Shown here piece after piece: positions 6,912 through 11,391 of a stretch of 11,391 bases of DNA. The notes under the pieces were generated by a model. That model did not search any database, was not told the origin of the DNA, and was given only the letters and a program-made list of their open reading frames with translations. Source of the DNA: a virus (taxonomy: Duplodnaviria > Heunggongvirae > Uroviricota > Caudoviricetes); IMG/VR virus record IMGVR_UViG_2671180676_000005. One strand, 5' to 3'. The position numbers were made by a program, and so were the translations under genes. Within the stretch, counting starts at the first letter, position 1. Each line of letters starts with the position of its first letter.

Positions 6912-7359
6912 TTGCTTTTTCTATAAGTTCGTCAGTTTCACGATCCACTACGGCAGGATCAGCAAAAAGCAGTCCGGACTCCACCACATCGCCATATTCT
7001 TTGTTTAACCCGGCGATCATGCACGTGATGCTTTTTCCGTCAGTAATTTCACGATACAACCTGAAATCATTAATCCGGATAGCCTCCATAATTGCAGGCA
7101 CTAGCGCCGTGAACTTTTCACGCTTATCCCTGGTGTCGATAGCCTTCCAGCGTTCAAATATCTTCACTCGATTAACGCCAAGCGCTCGCTGATCAATCGC
7201 GCCACCTTCATATGTGACACGCTGAACATCGATGTTCGGGCGCTCTTTCAAAGCCCAGAATGCTTCAGTGATTAATATCGTCGCCTGCTCCTGTGTCATT
7301 CCTGGTCGACATATCCAGGCATCCAGAGCCTCACGAGCCTGTTCAGGAGTGATTTTCAT
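6838..7359 (-). CDS. Hypothetical protein (173 aa) directly downstream of the cro-like gene dicC; positional analogue of YdaT/YdfX-type proteins
   Basis: ORF track 173 aa, overlapping the dicC stop by 17 nt. K-12 has the pseudogene ydfX at this position. Homology is not verified. Confidence 0.5.
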   Translation of the reverse strand: MKITPEQAREALDAWICRPGMTQEQATILITEAFWALKERPNIDVQRVTYEGGAIDQRALGVNRVKIFERWKAIDTRDKREKFTALVPAIMEAIRINDFRLYREITDGKSITCMIAGLNKEYGDVVESGLLFADPAVVDRETDELIEKAIAFKLAYRQQYQQKAGWNYEPSFC

Positions 7360-7573
7360 TGTTCAACCGCCCCGCCCGCTTCGTCTTACGATATTCATCA
7401 TAAACTTTGGGATCATACTGAAGCTCCCCGCCAGATGCCTCCTGTAGACGCATCGCGCGACCTTCGGGAACTAAATCCCCTTTCCAGCTATAAAGCGAAG
7501 CCAAACGAATACCTGCTGCTTGTGCAAGTTTTGTTTTTGAACCGAAATACAAAAGAGCGTCAGTTTTAAGCAT
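7343..7573 (-). CDS. dicC: DicC, Cro-like HTH regulator (76 aa)
   Basis: 76-aa ORF MLKTDALLYFGSKTKLAQAAGIRLASLYSW... divergent from dicA; length and sequence match recalled DicC. Sigma-70-like promoter on the minus strand: TTGACT (7629-7634), 17 bp, TATCTT (7606-7611). Confidence 0.9.
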   Translation of the reverse strand: MLKTDALLYFGSKTKLAQAAGIRLASLYSWKGDLVPEGRAMRLQEASGGELQYDPKVYDEYRKTKRAGRLNNENHS

Positions 7574-7589
7574 TTAAAACACCTTTATT

Positions 7590-7654
7590 GTTAGTCATAA
7601 CTAACAAGATAGATGTTAACAAAAACATAGTCAATACGATTTAGCATTAGCTAA
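7590..7654. promoter_or_regulatory. dicC-dicA divergent promoter/operator region with palindromic operator-like sites
   Basis: GTTAGTcataACTAAC (7590-7605), TGTTAACA (7614-7621), and TTAGCATTAGCTAA (7641-7654, containing the palindrome TTAGCTAA); the dicC promoter elements overlap this interval. Confidence 0.6.
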
Positions 7655-7656
7655 CT

Positions 7657-8064
7657 ATGGAAACAAAAAATTTAACTATCGGCGAACGCATCAGGTATCG
7701 TCGGAAAAACCTCAAACACACCCAAAGGTCTCTTGCTAAAGCCCTGAAAATCTCCCATGTGTCTGTATCACAATGGGAACGGGGTGATAGTGAACCTACA
7801 GGGAAGAACCTTTTTGCCCTCAGCAAAGTATTGCAATGCTCACCAACATGGATTCTATTTGGCGATGAAGACAAGCAACCAACACCACCTGTTGAGAAGC
7901 CAGTTGCCTTATCCCCCAAAGAACTAGAGCTCCTTGAGCTGTTTAATGCACTGCCAGAATCAGAACAGGATACCCAGCTCGCCGAAATGCGAGCTCGAGT
8001 AAAAAACTTCAATAAACTCTTTGAAGAATTACTAAAAGCCCGTCAGCGGACAAATAAAAGATAA
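7657..8064 (+). CDS. dicA: DicA, repressor of the division inhibitor dicB (P22 C2-like HTH, 135 aa)
   Basis: 135-aa ORF METKNLTIGERIRYRRKNLKHTQRSLAKALKISHVSVSQWERG... matches recalled DicA. Confidence 0.95.
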   Translation: METKNLTIGERIRYRRKNLKHTQRSLAKALKISHVSVSQWERGDSEPTGKNLFALSKVLQCSPTWILFGDEDKQPTPPVEKPVALSPKELELLELFNALPESEQDTQLAEMRARVKNFNKLFEELLKARQRTNKR

Positions 8065-8124
8065 CATCATCAATGAGTTATCTTTTACCACATCAATTAT
8101 GTTAGCTATAGCATACAAAATCAC

Positions 8125-8153
8125 TTGACCGATATGTTAGTCATGGCTAATCT
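8125..8153 (+). promoter_or_regulatory. Promoter of the ydfABC-dicF-dicB operon with embedded operator
   Basis: TTGACC (8125-8130), 17-bp spacer, TAATCT (8148-8153). The spacer contains TGTTAGTCATGGCTAA, which resembles the TTAGT/TTAGC operator half-sites of the dicA-dicC intergenic region. Confidence 0.6.
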
Positions 8154-8230
8154 TGTTTGCATCAACACACCGCACGGTGTTCTCAGCAAACAGTTCCGCT
8201 ACCCCAGCGTTAAGGGGAAATGAGGTCAGC

Positions 8231-8386
8231 ATGGATACTATCGATCTTGGCAACAACGAATCTCTGGTGTACGGCGTGTTTCCAAACCAGGACGGCACGT
8301 TCACCGCAATGACGTATACCAAAAGCAAAACGTTTAAAACCGAAAATGGTGCCCGTCGCTGGCTGGAAAGAAACTCAGGTGAGTGA
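8231..8386 (+). CDS. ydfA: YdfA (51 aa), Qin prophage small protein
   Basis: Internal ATG of the ORF track 77-aa frame with a GAGG SD. Product MDTIDLGNNESLVYGVFPNQDGTFTAMTYTKSKTFKTENGARRWLERNSGE; same position and length as K-12 ydfA. Confidence 0.8.
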   Translation: MDTIDLGNNESLVYGVFPNQDGTFTAMTYTKSKTFKTENGARRWLERNSGE

Positions 8387-8387
8387 T

Positions 8388-8516
8388 ATGGATTTCGACA
8401 CAATCATGGAAAAGGCTTACGAAGAATACTTCGAAGGCCTTGCCGAAGGCGAAGAAGCTCTCAGCTTCAGTGAGTTTAAACAGGCGCTTTCCAGTTCGGC
8501 AAAATCTAACGGCTGA
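8388..8516 (+). CDS. ydfB: YdfB (42 aa)
   Basis: Manual translation: MDFDTIMEKAYEEYFEGLAEGEEALSFSEFKQALSSSAKSNG. Starts 1 nt after the ydfA stop. Not in the ORF track (<60 aa). Confidence 0.75.
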   Translation: MDFDTIMEKAYEEYFEGLAEGEEALSFSEFKQALSSSAKSNG

Positions 8517-8545
8517 TAAGCGAAACAGCACCGCGAGGAATCAGT

Positions 8546-8764
8546 ATGCAGAAACGAGAACCCGTCATCATCGCGCCAGACTATACCGATGATGAACTTT
8601 ATGAGTGGATGCGCCAGAAAATTAATGCAGCGCAGGATCTGAAATGGGCTAATGAAGCCAGGGCTAAGCAGGCTGAAAATCTGTCCGCTCTGGAGCAGGA
8701 TATCACCAATCTGGAAAAAGCAGCGGCATTAAGCATTGCCAGAATGATTACATACCCGCGTTAG
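8546..8764 (+). CDS. ydfC: YdfC (72 aa)
   Basis: ORF track 72 aa MQKREPVIIAPDYTDDELYEWMRQKINAAQDLKWANEARAKQ..., in the K-12 order ydfA-ydfB-ydfC. Confidence 0.8.
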   Translation: MQKREPVIIAPDYTDDELYEWMRQKINAAQDLKWANEARAKQAENLSALEQDITNLEKAAALSIARMITYPR

Positions 8765-9104
8765 TAGCTAATCAACAAAGCTAAGGTTAGTAATTAAGGA
8801 GTTCTCCACGGGTGAGGTGGAGTGCGTGCGCCGGACACGGGTGCGCATCCGGAACTGACAGTTTACTGAAAGGATATTTCCCTGAAAAGTCAGACCATAA
8901 CGCGAAAGCGCACGGCGAGGTAGCTGGTTCATAGATAGCCTGTCGTTAAATTTTCGTCGACCGTGCGCTTCCGGTTGTGGCAACCCGCGAAATGGCGCGG
9001 CGGTAAGTATGGCGGGGTTATTCCTTCCCCGTTGAGGACACCGGGTTGTCAGGTTGACCATACGCTTAAGTGACAACCCCGCTGCAACGCCCTCTGTTAT
9101 CAAT

Positions 9105-9162
9105 TTTCTGGTGACGTTTGGCGGTATCAGTTTTACTCCGTGACTGCTCTGCCGCCCTTTTT
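9105..9162 (+). ncRNA. dicF: DicF small regulatory RNA (antisense inhibitor of ftsZ translation)
   Basis: tttctggtgacgtttggcggtatcagttttactccgtgactgctctgccgccctttt matches recalled DicF; ends in GGCGG...CCGCC plus a U-tract. Lies between ydfC and dicB. The 5' end is approximate. Confidence 0.8.
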
Positions 9163-9331
9163 AAAGTGAATTTTGTGATGTGGTGAATGCGGCTGAGCGC
9201 ACGCGGAACAGTTAAAACCAAAAACAGTGTTATGGGTGGATTCTCTGTATCCGGCGTTAATTGTTAACTGGTTAACGTCACCTGGAGGCACCAGGCACTG
9301 CATCACAAAATTCATTGTTGAGGACGCGATA

Positions 9332-11391
<2,060 letters not shown>

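Noticed and set aside
8768-9103. 111-aa minus-strand ORF in the ydfC-dicF spacer
   Set aside because: Antisense to the operon transcript that gives rise to DicF; Arg-rich and not protein-like. Treated as non-coding precursor region.
1747-9276. Recurring GTTAAC hexamer at six intergenic sites (1748, 3477, 3589, 7615, 9263, 9271)
   Set aside because: Six occurrences of a palindromic 6-mer in 11 kb is only about twice the random expectation; not enough to call a motif without a statistical test, although two pairs do lie within the inverted repeats noted above.

Overview
This window reads as a segment of an E. coli/Shigella Qin-type lambdoid prophage. Protein identities are from my recall of the E. 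coli K-12 sequences; no database search was run. Left to right: the relB-relE-hokD toxin-antitoxin operon (minus strand) with its relO operator; the FliA-dependent gene flxA with a near-consensus sigma-28 promoter and an intrinsic terminator; a 437-aa DDE (integrase-fold) transposase-like gene; a ~1.7 kb low-coding segment holding a 59-aa two-TM peptide gene, many inverted repeats and small decayed-looking ORFs; a leftward early operon (dicC cro-like, YdaT-like protein, replication initiator with internal origin-type iterons, 140-aa unknown protein, an apparently truncated DNA methyltransferase); then dicA, the ydfA-ydfB-ydfC-dicF-dicB operon, and an IS100 (IS21 family) copy inserted into ydfD. 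IS100 contains a 328-nt run of N and its terminus coincides with the window end. As I recall it, the K-12 reference has flxA and dicC separated only by two small remnants (intK/ydfW, ydfX), so the ~5.6 kb between them here looks like ancestral prophage content that K-12 has lost. The least explained part, and the best candidate for something undescribed, is 3.4-5.9 kb: the small membrane peptide, the IR-dense non-coding stretch, the small acidic ORFs, and the 140-aa protein translationally coupled to the methyltransferase. No CRISPR array, tRNA or rRNA was seen.
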